Shown here: positions 21,349 to 32,230 of the stretch, in pieces
Layout: the number at the start of each line of letters is the position of its first letter
How positions within the stretch are numbered: position 1 is the first letter of the stretch
Assembly (NCBI RefSeq): GCF_001677475.2
Contig: NZ_CP015229.1
From: Escherichia coli
GTDB lineage: Bacteria; Pseudomonadota; Gammaproteobacteria; Enterobacterales; Enterobacteriaceae
DNA: 64,000 bases
Strand: one strand, 5' to 3'
Notes under the pieces: model-generated
What the model was told of the DNA's origin: nothing
What the model saw: the letters and a program-made list of their open reading frames with translations, nothing else
The model's database searches: none
Program-made: the position numbers and the translations under genes

Positions 21349-22194
21349 ATGTCCACGACATGGTTTGTAGGAGCCGACTGGCTCGCCGAACATATTGATG
21401 ACCCGGAAATTCAGATTATCGATGCCCGCATGGCGTCGCCTGGACAGGAAGATCGTAACGTTGCTCAGGAGTATCTGAATGGACATATTCCCGGCGCAGT
21501 GTTTTTTGATATAGAAGCGCTTTCTGATCACACTTCCTCGCTTCCGCACATGCTGCCGCGCCCGGAAACGTTCGCCGTGGCGATGCGTGAATTAGGCATT
21601 AACCAGGATAAGCACCTGATTGTCTATGACGAAGGTAATCTTTTCTCAGCCCCACGAGCATGGTGGATGCTGCGCACCTTTGGTGTAGAGAAAGTGTCGA
21701 TTCTGGGGGGTGGACTTGCAGGCTGGCAGCGCGATGATCTGCTATTAGAAGAAGGCGCAGTAGAGCTGCCGGAAGGAGAGTTTAACGCCGCGTTTAATCC
21801 TGAAGCCGTGGTGAAAGTCACCGATGTGTTATTGGCAAGCCATGAAAATACGGCGCAAATTATTGATGCCCGCCCGGCTGCACGTTTTAACGCAGAAGTT
21901 GATGAGCCTCGCCCAGGTTTACGTCGCGGACATATTCCCGGTGCACTGAATGTTCCGTGGACGGAACTGGTGCGCGAAGGCGAACTAAAAACGACCGATG
22001 AACTGGATGCGATATTTTTTGGTCGCGGCGTCAGCTATGACAAACCAATTATTGTCAGTTGCGGCTCTGGTGTAACAGCAGCCGTGGTTTTGTTGGCACT
22101 CGCGACGCTGGATGTGCCAAACGTGAAACTGTACGACGGCGCATGGAGTGAATGGGGCGCACGGGCAGATTTACCGGTTGAGCCATTGAAATAA
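21349..22194 (+). CDS. sseA: 3-mercaptopyruvate sulfurtransferase (rhodanese-like)
   Basis: Start MSTTWFVGADW gives 281 aa; active-site CGSGVTA; the track ORF is extended upstream. Confidence 0.9.
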   Translation: MSTTWFVGADWLAEHIDDPEIQIIDARMASPGQEDRNVAQEYLNGHIPGAVFFDIEALSDHTSSLPHMLPRPETFAVAMRELGINQDKHLIVYDEGNLFSAPRAWWMLRTFGVEKVSILGGGLAGWQRDDLLLEEGAVELPEGEFNAAFNPEAVVKVTDVLLASHENTAQIIDARPAARFNAEVDEPRPGLRRGHIPGALNVPWTELVREGELKTTDELDAIFFGRGVSYDKPIIVSCGSGVTAAVVLLALATLDVPNVKLYDGAWSEWGARADLPVEPLK

Positions 22195-22258
22195 GCTTTT
22201 TACAGGCAATAAAAAACCGCCGAATTTGAACTGACCCCATAATGTTGGACGGTTTATA

Positions 22259-23098
22259 TTAAGCGGCTATCAGGGCCTGGGTTCGGTACTCTACCGGACT
22301 CAGGCCTTTCAGTTTCTGTTTTATTCTTTCATGGTTGTAATAGTGGATGTAATTATCGATAGCCATGCGCAACTCGCTGATATTCTTGTGTTCCATCAGG
22401 TAAAAACACTCAGATTTCAGCGTGCCGAAGAAGCTTTCCATCACCGCATTGTCATGACAGTTCCCCTTCCTTGACATGCTCTGTTTCAGACCAGCCTCCT
22501 TAAGCCGGTTCTGATAATGCGCCATCTGATATTGCCAGCCCTGATCTGAGTGGAGCAGCGGGTATTCGTCTTTACCCAGTACAGATACAGCCTTCAACAG
22601 CATGTCATCCACCATCGACAGAAGAGGACGGGACGCCATCTGATACGCAACTATTTCTCCGTTATACAGATCCAGAACGGGGGACAGATACAGTTTTTCT
22701 CCGCTGATTTTAAATTCCGTGACATCTGTTACCCACTTCTGGTTGGGCTTATCCGCACTGAACTGCCGGTTCAGCACATTACCCGCCACTTTCCCATACC
22801 GGCCTCTGTAAGAGTTGTATTTCTTCCTTCTGATACAGCAGGTTAAATCTAACGCCTTCATTAACCTCTGAACCTTTTTATGGTTCAGTAAGCTTCCTTC
22901 CCGGCGGATAGCCAGCGTGATTCGCCTGTATCCATACCGTCCTTTATGTTTATGGAACAGCGTTAAAATCTGCCGCTTATCATCGGCATATTTGTCTGGT
23001 TTTTTACCGCTCGCCAGTTGCCAGTAGAACGTACTTCTCGCCAGCCCTGCCGCTTTTAACAAGCGCGCAAGAGGGAAGTCCGGCCTTAACTCATTCAC
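22259..23098 (-). CDS. IS3-family transposase OrfB (DDE catalytic domain), expected to be made as an OrfAB fusion by -1 frameshift
   Basis: WVTDVTEF, LHSDQGWQY and NCHDNAVMESFFGTLKSE motifs; close resemblance to IS150 InsK. Confidence 0.85.
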   Translation of the reverse strand: MNELRPDFPLARLLKAAGLARSTFYWQLASGKKPDKYADDKRQILTLFHKHKGRYGYRRITLAIRREGSLLNHKKVQRLMKALDLTCCIRRKKYNSYRGRYGKVAGNVLNRQFSADKPNQKWVTDVTEFKISGEKLYLSPVLDLYNGEIVAYQMASRPLLSMVDDMLLKAVSVLGKDEYPLLHSDQGWQYQMAHYQNRLKEAGLKQSMSRKGNCHDNAVMESFFGTLKSECFYLMEHKNISELRMAIDNYIHYYNHERIKQKLKGLSPVEYRTQALIAA

Positions 23099-23616
23099 GA
23101 TCTGCGTTTTATCCCGCGTTTTGACGTGCTTTTTTCCCTGAGCAAGGCCTGCAACTTTTTTAGATAAGCCACTTCAACACGCAGTTGTTCAAGTTCCTCT
23201 CGTTCATCATGGTTAAGAGGAGCCTGTAAAGAAGGTGCCGGGTTATTTTCAGGGCGTTCTGGCATCGTTTTTCTCCCGCGTCGGCTGTCAGTGAGGGCTT
23301 CTAATCCCCCTTCATCATACAGGCGTTCCCACAGAAGGACCGTGGAGAAAGCCGGAATAGTGAATTTTGCACAGACTTCGCGAACAGACAACCGGTGCTC
23401 ACGCATATGCAGGATAACGGACTCTTTAAAGACGGGAGAATAGGCGAAATGCCGGGTGGTAAGTCCGGCTTCGCCATGAAGCTTCCAGGCAGCAGTCCAC
23501 TTACGAACGGCACTGTGATCGATACCAAAACGCTTTGCAGTCGCTTTCTGCCCTTCCATGCCGGAAAGATAGTGCTGCACAACCTCAAGCTTAAAGCTGA
23601 GAGAATATTTACTCAT
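23095..23616 (-). CDS. IS3-family transposase OrfA (HTH DNA-binding part)
   Basis: 173 aa from ATG at 23616 (MSKYSLSFKLEVV...); length equals IS150 InsJ. Confidence 0.85.
   Translation of the reverse strand: MSKYSLSFKLEVVQHYLSGMEGQKATAKRFGIDHSAVRKWTAAWKLHGEAGLTTRHFAYSPVFKESVILHMREHRLSVREVCAKFTIPAFSTVLLWERLYDEGGLEALTDSRRGRKTMPERPENNPAPSLQAPLNHDEREELEQLRVEVAYLKKLQALLREKSTSKRGIKRRS
23154..23160 (-). other. A-AAA-AAG slippery heptamer for programmed -1 ribosomal frameshift (orfA into orfB)
   Basis: cta-aaa-aag in the orfA frame near its 3' end, overlapping the orfB frame. Confidence 0.6.
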
Positions 23617-23667
23617 AAAAAACTGCACCTTACTTCGTTGAGTGTCCAACTTTTGGGGTGCAGTTCA

Positions 23668-23976
23668 AATTTGGCGGTTTTTTATTGCTGGTCTGGTTCG
23701 CGGCCTTTCCAGCAGGTTGACTTGTGTTGCCGGAGCAACGCAGGCACCCCACAGTGCTTGCTATCGCGGCAATATCGCCAGTGGTGCTGTCGTGATGCGG
23801 TCTTCGCATGGACCGCACAATGAAGATACGGTGCTTTTGTATCGTACTTATTGTTTCTGGTGCGCTGTTAACCGAGGTAAATAATAACCGGAGTCTCTCC
23901 GGCAACAATTTATTGGTGGTTAACAACCTTCAGAACAGCAGGTAAGCCCGAATGCCGCCCTTTGGGGCGGCATATT
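23668..23976 (+). ncRNA. ryfA: Possible RyfA small RNA (sseA-sseB intergenic); boundaries approximate
   Basis: Position, plus a plus-strand hairpin and T-run at 23950..23977; sequence identity not verified. Confidence 0.3.
23950..23972 (+). terminator. Hairpin atgccgccc-tttg-gggcggcat followed by ATTTT; terminator for a plus-strand transcript
   Basis: Read in sequence; overlaps the sseB stop codon region. Confidence 0.45.
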
Positions 23977-24762
23977 TTAGATTATCCGGTTCTGTTTAAA
24001 GTCACGCAAAAAACCACCCCAGCGACGTTCATAGAATGGCACAATATGTTCGGTAATAAAGTGGCTAATTCCTTTTTCCCCTTTTTTCACCTGACAAATA
24101 TCGATTGGTTCATCGCCAGGTAATGTATCGGTCGCTACACTTCCCGCCGCCTGAATAATTTCTTCGATATCACCATCGGCTTCAATGCCAATAAGTAAAT
24201 TAGGCTGTGCCTCTTCGCTCTCTTTAATTAAACAAATAAAAGCACGCTTCACCGGCTTAATAGTTTTAAATAAGGTGGTGAGTGAATCAATCATTTGTGC
24301 TGGTGGCTCTGCGACTTCCGATAATATCAGCGATTCACCGCCCTCCAGTACTTCCTGGCTGCTCAGCGGATTTCCTTCTTCACCAATCAACAAACTGATT
24401 TCACGCGGCATAAATTCTTTACCGGTTGGCAGTTTGGCATTAAGGAAGAGCGTTTCGCCAAGGGTCATCTCAAACAATGTGCGAACGGGCATTACGACAA
24501 ATGCCTGTTCGTCTTCAACCGCCTGTTGAAGTGCTTCTAACGAGGTAAAAAAAGGAATGACGCTGGTGCCGTCTTCTTTTTCCCAGTGCTGTAAATCAAG
24601 CGCGCTATCTTCAACCACAGCCTCGCCCTGCGCCGCCGTACCCGGCACCCAGACGGTGGATTCCAGTAGAGTACGGAAAAAGGCCGGGCGGTGCGCCGGT
24701 TCGGTTGCTGCTTTTTCCAGCAGGTCTTCAAGTTCGTTTTTTGTTTCGGACATAAGAACCAC
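23977..24762 (-). CDS. sseB: SseB, enhances serine sensitivity
   Basis: 261-aa ORF; the annotated start may be the Met 3 codons in (MSETKNELE, 258 aa). Confidence 0.85.
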   Translation of the reverse strand: MVLMSETKNELEDLLEKAATEPAHRPAFFRTLLESTVWVPGTAAQGEAVVEDSALDLQHWEKEDGTSVIPFFTSLEALQQAVEDEQAFVVMPVRTLFEMTLGETLFLNAKLPTGKEFMPREISLLIGEEGNPLSSQEVLEGGESLILSEVAEPPAQMIDSLTTLFKTIKPVKRAFICLIKESEEAQPNLLIGIEADGDIEEIIQAAGSVATDTLPGDEPIDICQVKKGEKGISHFITEHIVPFYERRWGGFLRDFKQNRII

Positions 24763-24788
24763 AATTCATTCAACGTTCGGGGCACAAG

Positions 24789-24890
<102 letters not shown>

Positions 24891-24894
24891 TAGT

Positions 24895-26178
24895 TTACGC
24901 CGTTAACAGATTAGCAATCGTGCGCACACCTAGCCCGGTCGCGCCCGCAGACCACTGTTCAACCGGCGATTTACGGTAAGTCGCCGAGCAGTCGATATGC
25001 AGCCAGCCTTGCTGATAGTTCTCAACAAAGTGCGACAGGAAGCCCGCCGCCGTGCTCGCGCCTGCCGGATACGCCGCGCTTCCGGTATTGTTCAGTTCCG
25101 CAAAGTTAGACGGCAGCTGGCTGCGGTGGAACTCCGCCAGCGGCAGACGCCAGAACGGTTCATTCTCCTGCGCGGCACTCGCCAGCAAGCGACCGGCAAG
25201 CGCATCGTCAAAACTGAACAGCGCGTGATAATCATTACCCAGCGCAGTTTTCGCCGCCCCGGTGAGGGTCGCCGCATCAATGATCAGTTCCGGTTTCTGC
25301 GCACTGGCATCAATCAGGCCATCGGCCAGCACCAGACGCCCTTCGGCATCAGTGTTCATCACTTCAACTTTTTTACCGTTGCGATAGGTAATAATATCGC
25401 CCAGTTTGAACGCGTTGCCGCTGATCAGGTTATCCGCACAGCAGAGGAACAGCTTCACGCGCTTGTTCAGTCCGCGCGTAATGGCAAACGCCAGCGCCCC
25501 GGTAACCGTTGCCGCGCCGCCCATGTCCGACTTCATCGAGTCCATAAATGCGGTCTGTTTGATGCTGTAGCCGCCGGAATCAAAGGTGATGCCTTTACCA
25601 ACCAGGCACGCGTACACTGGCGCTTCTTTATCGCCAGTTGGGTTGTAATCCAGCGCCAGCAATACCGGAGAACGTTCTGAACCGCGTCCGACCGTGTGCA
25701 GCCCCATATAACCTTGATCACGCAGATCTTCGCCTTTGGTGATCCGGTAAGTCACACGATCGCCCGCGACGTTGCTGATCAGATCAACAGCACGCTGTGC
25801 CAGTTGCGATGGCCCCAGTTCTTCCGCCGGTGCGTTGATGGTGTCACGCACCCAGTCGATGATCATCAGGCGGTTATCCAGTTCCTGGCGCTGGGCATCG
25901 TCCAGATCCGGCCACTCCACTTTACGTGTGCCTTTCGGGGCTTTGTAACCTTGCCAGAATGCCCAGCAGCGATCCGCATCCCAGCCTTCACCGCTTAACT
26001 GAACATGTTTGATGCCCAGACCGTCAATCTTGCGCGCCGCACGCTGGATCAGCCCCAGATCGTCTGCCCCGTTCAAATGCAGGGTAATGCCATCATTATT
26101 AATGCTGTAAGTTGCTTTTTCTCCCCAGCGCGCGTCGGCAGGTTGGGTAGAGAGGGTAATTTTCATCGCTTCTGTCAT
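24895..26178 (-). CDS. pepB: Peptidase B (M17 aminopeptidase)
   Basis: 427-aa ORF with M17 motif NTDAEGRL. Confidence 0.95.
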   Translation of the reverse strand: MTEAMKITLSTQPADARWGEKATYSINNDGITLHLNGADDLGLIQRAARKIDGLGIKHVQLSGEGWDADRCWAFWQGYKAPKGTRKVEWPDLDDAQRQELDNRLMIIDWVRDTINAPAEELGPSQLAQRAVDLISNVAGDRVTYRITKGEDLRDQGYMGLHTVGRGSERSPVLLALDYNPTGDKEAPVYACLVGKGITFDSGGYSIKQTAFMDSMKSDMGGAATVTGALAFAITRGLNKRVKLFLCCADNLISGNAFKLGDIITYRNGKKVEVMNTDAEGRLVLADGLIDASAQKPELIIDAATLTGAAKTALGNDYHALFSFDDALAGRLLASAAQENEPFWRLPLAEFHRSQLPSNFAELNNTGSAAYPAGASTAAGFLSHFVENYQQGWLHIDCSATYRKSPVEQWSAGATGLGVRTIANLLTA

Positions 26179-26236
26179 TTTAGTTATCCTTATTTGTTTA
26201 ACAGCAAAACGGGCTACCCCCAGGCAGCCCGTTCAT

Positions 26237-26437
26237 TCACTCGGCTTCGTCCAGCCAGACTAACAAAATTGCTTCGAGGATTTTCTCGTTGGATGCCTGC
26301 GGGTCGTCGTCGAAATCTTCCAGCTCGCAAATCCACTGATGCATATCGGTGAATCGAACCGTTTTCGGATCAAGATCGGGATACGCATCGTACAGTGCTT
26401 CGCCAATTTCGCGGCTATCGGTCCACTTAAGTCCCAT
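26237..26437 (-). CDS. iscX: IscX (YfhJ), Fe-S assembly accessory protein
   Basis: 66-aa [18 protein letters not shown]. Confidence 0.9.
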   Translation of the reverse strand: MGLKWTDSREIGEALYDAYPDLDPKTVRFTDMHQWICELEDFDDDPQASNEKILEAILLVWLDEAE

Positions 26438-26448
26438 ACTAACCTCTG

Positions 26449-26784
26449 TTAATGCTCACGCGCATGGTTGATAGTGTAACGCGGGATTTCGACCACTAAA
26501 TCTTCGTCGGTGACGCGCGCCTGGCAGCTTAAACGGCTTTCCGGCTCCAGTCCCCAGGCTTTGTCCAGCATGTCGTCTTCCTGCTCTGAGCTTTCCGGCA
26601 GTGAGTCAAAACCTTCACGAACGATGCAGTGGCAGGTGGTACAAGCACAGGATTTTTCACAGGCGTGTTCAATCTCGATACCGTTACGCAGAGCTGCGTC
26701 GAGAATGGTTTCACCGCTATTAGCTTCCAGAACAGCGCCATCAGGGCAGAGATCCTGATGAGGCAAAATAACAATCTTTGGCAT
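26449..26784 (-). CDS. fdx: [2Fe-2S] ferredoxin of the isc operon
   Basis: 111-aa ORF with CxxxxxC...C cysteine pattern. Confidence 0.95.
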   Translation of the reverse strand: MPKIVILPHQDLCPDGAVLEANSGETILDAALRNGIEIEHACEKSCACTTCHCIVREGFDSLPESSEQEDDMLDKAWGLEPESRLSCQARVTDEDLVVEIPRYTINHAREH

Positions 26785-26785
26785 A

Positions 26786-28636
26786 TTAAACCTCGTCCAC
26801 GGAATGGCCTTTCAGCGCACGACGAACCGACTGGTCCATGCGGCGAGCGGCGAAATCCTGGGTTTGTTTGTCTACGTTTTTAATCGCTTGTTCGATGGCG
26901 TCAACATCATCGCCCTGCGCCACTTCACTCAGGTGAGCGGCAGCATCGTCAATGACCTGACGCTCTGCGGCGCTTAACAGCGCGGCATCAGCAGCCAGCG
27001 CGCCGTGCAGACTTTCCAGCACACGCGCCGCTTCAACTTTTTGTTCTGCCAACATACGGGCTTTTACGTCCTGCTCGGCATAACTCATTGAGTCTTTAAT
27101 CATCGAGGCGATTTCGCTGTCGGTCAGACCGTAGGACGGTTTGACCTGAATAGATGCCTCAACGCCGGTGGATTTCTCCATCGCCGTCACGCTCAAAAGA
27201 CCGTCGGCATCGACCTGGAACGTCACGCGAATATGCGCGCCGCCAGCCGGTAGCGCCGGAATACCACGCAGCGCAAAACGCGCCAGCGAGCGGCAGTCCT
27301 GCACCAGTTCGCGCTCACCCTGCATTACATGGATAGACATCGCCGTCTGACCATCTTTAAAGGTGGTGAAATCCTGAGCGCGCGCCACCGGAATAGTGGT
27401 ATTACGCGGAATCACTTTCTCCACCAGGCCGCCCATCGTTTCGAGGCCCAGCGACAGCGGGATCACATCCAGCAACAGCATTTCGCTGTCCGGCTTGTTA
27501 CCCACCAGAATATCCGCCTGAATCGCCGCGCCAATAGCGACGACTTTATCCGGGTCGATAGAAGTCAGCGGTGGACGACCGAAAAATTCGCCTACTCGTT
27601 CACGCACCAGCGGCACGCGAGTAGAACCGCCAACCATCACCACTTCCAGCACTTCATCAGCCTCTACGCCCGCGTCTTTCAACGCACGACGACAGGCCAG
27701 CAAGGTTCGTTTTACCAGTGGCGCGATCAGTTCGTTGAATTGTTCACGGCTGATTTCGCCCTGCCAGCCCGCAACATTCACAGTCACGGAGTCCGCATCG
27801 CTCAGCGCGATTTTGGCTGCAATGGCGGCATCCAGCAGTTCACGCTGAACGCGGTTATCGCTACGATCAGGAATGCCCGCCTGCTCGCGAATGTAATCCG
27901 CCAGCAGATGGTCGAAATCATCGCCGCCGAGCGCGGAATCACCGCCGGTTGCCAGCACTTCAAACACGCCGCGACTTAAGCGCAGAATGGAAATATCAAA
28001 CGTCCCGCCACCGAGGTCATAAACGGCGATCACGCCTTCCTGACCGGAATCCAGCCCGTAGGCGATAGCCGCAGCGGTCGGTTCGTTAAGTAAGCGCAGA
28101 ACATGCAACCCCGCCAGACGCGCCGCGTCTTTGGTGCCCTGACGCTGGGCATCGTCAAAGTACGCCGGAACGGTGATAACTACACCATCCAGCTCGCCTG
28201 CCAGGGCTTCAGTTGCCCGCGCCGCCAGTGCTTTGAGGATGTCCGCAGAAACGCGCACCGGGTTCAGCAGCCCCGCCGCCGTTTCAATCATCGGTAGGCC
28301 GTTTTCGCTGGCCTGGAATTGATAAGGCAGATGTGGATAGCGTTGCTGGATATCAGCCAGCGAGCGCCCCATCAGGCGTTTAACAGAACTAATGGTGTTG
28401 GCGGTATCGAGCGCTGCGTTAGTACGCGCGTCATAACCCACCGAATGCCCTTGCTGTTGATAGTGAACAACAGACGGCAGCAGGTGACGGCCTTCATGGT
28501 CGGCTAACGTTTCGGCCTGACCGCTGCGCACTGTCGCCACCAGCGAGTTGGTTGTGCCCAGGTCGATACCGGCCGCCAGACGACGCTGATGCGGCGCAGC
28601 ACTCAAACCAGGTTCACTAATTTGTAATAAGGCCAT
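26786..28636 (-). CDS. hscA: Fe-S cluster chaperone HscA (Hsp70 family)
   Basis: Start [10 protein letters not shown] gives 616 aa; Hsp70 signature IDLGTTNS; the track ORF is extended 18 codons. Confidence 0.95.
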
Positions 28637-28652
28637 GTTTAGCTTCCAGAAA

Positions 28653-29168
28653 TTAAAAATCGAGCAGTTTTTCTTCGAGTTGTTCGGCACTGCTTCGCAG
28701 TTTATCGAGAAAACGCAGCTTACGCACGGTATCCGCCGCCGCGTCCCACGTCTCGTTGTCTAACTGTTCAACCATCAACTGATGGCGGGTATCAAACATC
28801 TTTTTCACACGTTTGATAAAGCTTTCCAGCCGCGCTTCATCTTTCGCCTGTTCGATCTCGTCCAGTTCTTCGCGCAGTTCCAGCTGTTCCATCAGGAACG
28901 CGGTGTCGCGCACAGTATGCTGCTCGCTGGCGAGATCAAAACCGTGCAAAGAAAGCAAATATTCCGCGCGCATTAACGGATGACGCAGCGTTTGCCAGGC
29001 CTGGTTAATGGTTGCAGATTGCTGTACGGCGGCGAGTTGTTCCGCCTGGCTTCCGCTGGCGAATTTATCAGGATGATACTGACGTTGTAGATCCTGAAAA
29101 CGCAGGCTCAGTGCCTGGGTATCAAGTTGATAACGGGCAGGCAAGCCAAAGAGGGTGAAGTAATCCAT
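28653..29168 (-). CDS. hscB: Co-chaperone HscB (J-domain)
   Basis: 171-aa [12 protein letters not shown] with HPD motif. Confidence 0.95.
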
Positions 29169-29263
29169 AACATTCTCAGGGCTGCGATCCGCCGCGATGG
29201 CGGCGAATCAGGTAAAACAAACCCCACGCGCAGGCGACCACGGTGGGGTTATCGGTATGCGCA

Positions 29264-29587
29264 TCAGACGTGGAAGCTTTCGCCGCAACCACACTCATCT
29301 TTGACGTTCGGGTTGGTGAATTTAAACCCTTCGTTCAGGCCTTCTTTTACGAAGTCCAGCTGCGTACCGTCCAGAAATTGCAGGCTTTTGCCATCGACCA
29401 CGACTTTCACGCCTTTGTCTTCAAACACGATGTCTTCCGGCGTCGGTTCGTCAACAAATTCCAGTACATAAGCCATACCTGAACATCCGGAGGTTCTCAC
29501 GCCCAGACGCAGGCCAAACCCTTTGCCGCGGTTAGCCAGAAAGGTATTTACTCGCGCTGCTGCACTGTCGCTCAGTGTAATCGACAT
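29264..29587 (-). CDS. iscA: Iron-sulfur cluster insertion protein IscA
   Basis: 107 aa from [14 protein letters not shown]-terminal CGCGESF. Confidence 0.95.
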   Translation of the reverse strand: MSITLSDSAAARVNTFLANRGKGFGLRLGVRTSGCSGMAYVLEFVDEPTPEDIVFEDKGVKVVVDGKSLQFLDGTQLDFVKEGLNEGFKFTNPNVKDECGCGESFHV

Positions 29588-29603
29588 AACCAAACCTCAA
29601 CTC

Positions 29604-29990
29604 TTATTTTGCTTCACGTTTGCTTTTATAGTCCGCAATGGCGGCTTTGATCGCGTCTTCTGCCAGAATAGAACAGTGAATTTTCACCGGCGGCAGTTCA
29701 AGTTCTTCAGCAATATCGGTGTTTTTGATCGCCTGCGCTTCGTCGAGAGACTTCCCTTTCACCCATTCGGTGACCAGGGAGCTGGAAGCGATAGCAGAAC
29801 CGCAGCCGTAAGTTTTAAAACGCGCGTCTTCAATGATACCTTCATCGTTGACTTTAATCTGCAACTTCATTACGTCGCCACAGGCCGGTGCACCCACCAT
29901 GCCGCTGCCGACGTTCTCGTCGTTGTTGTCAAAGGAACCCACGTTACGCGGATTCTCGTAATGGTCGATAACTTTTTCGCTGTAAGCCAT
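29604..29990 (-). CDS. iscU: Fe-S cluster scaffold IscU
   Basis: 128-aa ORF with LPPVKIHCS motif. Confidence 0.95.
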   Translation of the reverse strand: MAYSEKVIDHYENPRNVGSFDNNDENVGSGMVGAPACGDVMKLQIKVNDEGIIEDARFKTYGCGSAIASSSLVTEWVKGKSLDEAQAIKNTDIAEELELPPVKIHCSILAEDAIKAAIADYKSKREAK

Positions 29991-30017
29991 TATAAATTCT
30001 CCTGATTCCGATACCGA

Positions 30018-31232
30018 TTAATGATGAGCCCATTCGATGCTGTTCAGATCCACGCCCTGCTTGTACATTTCCCACAGCGGAGAAAGGTCACGCAGACGAC
30101 CGATGGATTTACGAACTAACTCGATGGTGTAGTCGATCTCTTCTTCAGTAGTAAAACGACCTAAAGAGAAACGGATAGAGCTATGTGCCAGCTCGTCGTT
30201 CAGCCCCAGCGCGCGCAGCACGTAGGACGGTTCGAGGCTTGCTGACGTACAGGCGGAACCTGAAGAAACCGCGAGGTCTTTCAGCGCCATAATCAGCGAC
30301 TCACCTTCAACGTAGTTGAAGCTGACGTTGAGAATGTTCGGCGCACCGTGTTCCAGGTCACCGTTCAGGTAAACTTCTTCGATATCTTTGATGCCGTTCC
30401 ACAGACGGTTACGCAGGCCGCGCAGACGTTCCATCTCGGTCGCCATCTCTTCTTTTGCGATGCGATAGGCTTCGCCCATACCAACGATCTGGTGAACAGG
30501 CAGAGTGCCGGAACGCATACCGCGCTCGTGACCGCCGCCGTGCATTTGCGCTTCGATGCGTACGCGCGGTTTACGACGCACATACAGCGCACCGATACCT
30601 TTCGGGCCATAGAGTTTGTGACCGGAGAATGACATCAGGTCAACTTTCAACTGGCTCAGGTCGATAGGCAGTTTGCCCACGCTCTGGGTTGCATCAACGT
30701 GATAGATAATGCCACGAGCACGGCACATTTCGCCGATAGCCGCGATATCCTGCACCACGCCGATTTCGTTATTCACGTGCATGATAGAAACGAGGATGGT
30801 GTCGTCACGCATCGCTGCTTCCAGTTCTTTCAGGTCGATAATGCCGTTACGCTGCGGTGCCAGGTAGGTGACTTCGAAACCTTCGCGCTCCAGCTGACGG
30901 CAGGTATCCAGTACCGCTTTGTGTTCGGTTTTACTGGTGATGATGTGCTTGCCTTTTTTCTGATAAAAGTTGGCTGCACCTTTGATCGCCAGGTTGTCAG
31001 ATTCGGTTGCACCAGAGGTAAAGACGATTTCACGCGGGTCAGCGCCGACCAGATCGGCAATCTGATTACGGGCGATATCAACCGCTTCTTCAGCCTGCCA
31101 GCCGAAACGGTGAGAACGGGAGGCCGGGTTACCAAAGGTTCCGTCCATCGTCATAAACTGCATCATTTTCTCGGCAACACGCGGGTCCACCGGCGTGGTT
31201 GCGGAGTAGTCGAGATAAATCGGTAATTTCAT
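30018..31232 (-). CDS. iscS: Cysteine desulfurase IscS
   Basis: 404 aa from [19 protein letters not shown] lysine motif SFSGHK; active-site [10 protein letters not shown]. Confidence 0.95.
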   Translation of the reverse strand: MKLPIYLDYSATTPVDPRVAEKMMQFMTMDGTFGNPASRSHRFGWQAEEAVDIARNQIADLVGADPREIVFTSGATESDNLAIKGAANFYQKKGKHIITSKTEHKAVLDTCRQLEREGFEVTYLAPQRNGIIDLKELEAAMRDDTILVSIMHVNNEIGVVQDIAAIGEMCRARGIIYHVDATQSVGKLPIDLSQLKVDLMSFSGHKLYGPKGIGALYVRRKPRVRIEAQMHGGGHERGMRSGTLPVHQIVGMGEAYRIAKEEMATEMERLRGLRNRLWNGIKDIEEVYLNGDLEHGAPNILNVSFNYVEGESLIMALKDLAVSSGSACTSASLEPSYVLRALGLNDELAHSSIRFSLGRFTTEEEIDYTIELVRKSIGRLRDLSPLWEMYKQGVDLNSIEWAHH

Positions 31233-31299
31233 TGCTCTATAAACTCCGTACATCACTCAATGCAAGGAACCAGGCTACCGGCTGGATGTACGACCGTAT

Positions 31300-31435
31300 T
31301 TACGGAGTGTTAAACACTCCGGCCTGATTCTAATATCTTGTTATCTTTAACCTAACTGTTTCGGGTTTCAGCAAGTTGACAAACTTACGAATCTCCGGGA
31401 GCTTACATAAGTAAGTGACCGGAGTGAGTATGTGC
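31300..31435. repeat. ERIC-like (intergenic repeat unit) element in the iscR-iscS spacer
   Basis: Core GAGCTTACATAAGTAAGTGACCGGAGTGAG resembles the ERIC consensus as I recall it; terminal inverted cactccgg / ccggagtg; boundaries approximate. Confidence 0.45.
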
Positions 31436-31472
31436 AGTCAACGCAGATGCAACACGAAACAGGACGGTTAAA

Positions 31473-31961
31473 TTAAGCGCGTAACTTAACGTCGATCGCG
31501 TCTTGTGTGCGGCTGCGTGGCGCGTCGTGAGTATGCTGACGACCAGACACATCCAGCACTTCCTGGTTATTAACCAGTTCGCCTAAAGTAATGTTGTTGA
31601 GAAAACCGGTGAGACGGTCGCTCAAATCACGCCACAGCGCGTGGGTCAGGCATTTATCGCCGCCCTGGCAGCCGCCTTTACCCTGACAACGGGTAGCATC
31701 TACAGATTCGTCAACGGCGCTAATCACTTCGCCAACGGCGATGCTGCTGGCATCTTTGCCTAACAGATAACCACCGCCTGGTCCACGTACACTGGAAACC
31801 AGACCATTTTTACGCAGACGGGAAAACAGTTGTTCCAGATAAGAAAGGGAAATTCCCTGACGTTCGGAAATATCAGCCAACGGTACCGGGCCTGCTTCGG
31901 AGTTGAGCGCAACGTCCAGCATTGCGGTCACGGCATAGCGCCCTTTAGATGTCAGTCTCAT
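31473..31961 (-). CDS. iscR: Fe-S cluster regulator IscR (Rrf2 family)
   Basis: 162-aa [22 protein letters not shown]; three Cys cluster ligands. Confidence 0.95.
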   Translation of the reverse strand: MRLTSKGRYAVTAMLDVALNSEAGPVPLADISERQGISLSYLEQLFSRLRKNGLVSSVRGPGGGYLLGKDASSIAVGEVISAVDESVDATRCQGKGGCQGGDKCLTHALWRDLSDRLTGFLNNITLGELVNNQEVLDVSGRQHTHDAPRSRTQDAIDVKLRA

Positions 31962-32039
31962 GTCTTACTTCACCTCAAACTCGCCCCTGCCCGGGGTTTT
32001 TTATTGTAAAAGTGGGGGTATTGCATAGCAGGGTCAAGT

Positions 32040-32095
32040 CTGACATTCCCGAGTAATTTGGTCAACTATTTACTTGACTGATTTAGTCAGGTATT
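32040..32095 (-). promoter_or_regulatory. iscR promoter region with IscR type-1 binding sites
   Basis: ATACCTGACTAAATCAGTCAAGTAAAT and ATAGTTGACCAAATTACTCGGGAATG upstream of iscR fit the type-1 motif as I recall it; boundaries approximate. Confidence 0.5.
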
Positions 32096-32139
32096 TAACC
32101 TTCAGTGCCATTTTACTATCGCGGTATTTGTACCCATTG

Positions 32140-32223
32140 TCGGATGCGGCGTGAACGCTTTATCCGACCTGAGGCTCTGTGCACTGCAGGCCTGATAAGA
32201 CGCGTTAAGCGTCGCATCAGGCA
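32140..32223. repeat. BIME/REP pair downstream of trmJ
   Basis: cggatgcggcgtgaacgctttatccg ... gcctgataagacgcgttaagcgtcgcatcaggc. Confidence 0.7.
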
Positions 32224-32230
32224 ACCACTA

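Larger units (their letters stand above)
22227..23667 (-). mobile_element. IS3-family insertion sequence (IS150 group), about 1.44 kb, apparently intact
   Basis: Terminal inverted repeats TGAACTGACCCCATAATGTTGGAC / TGAACTGCACCCCAAAAGTTGGAC (ends TG...CA); orfA plus orfB; flanked by the two halves of a palindrome (AAAAAACCGCCGAATT / AATTTGGCGGTTTTTT) with a 3-4 bp duplication. Confidence 0.85.

Noticed and set aside
22207..23687. Extended inverted repeat (CAATAAAAAACCGCC...) read as part of the IS terminal repeats
   Set aside because: IS3-family ends are TG...CA; the extra symmetry is explained by insertion into a pre-existing palindrome, so it is target sequence rather than element.
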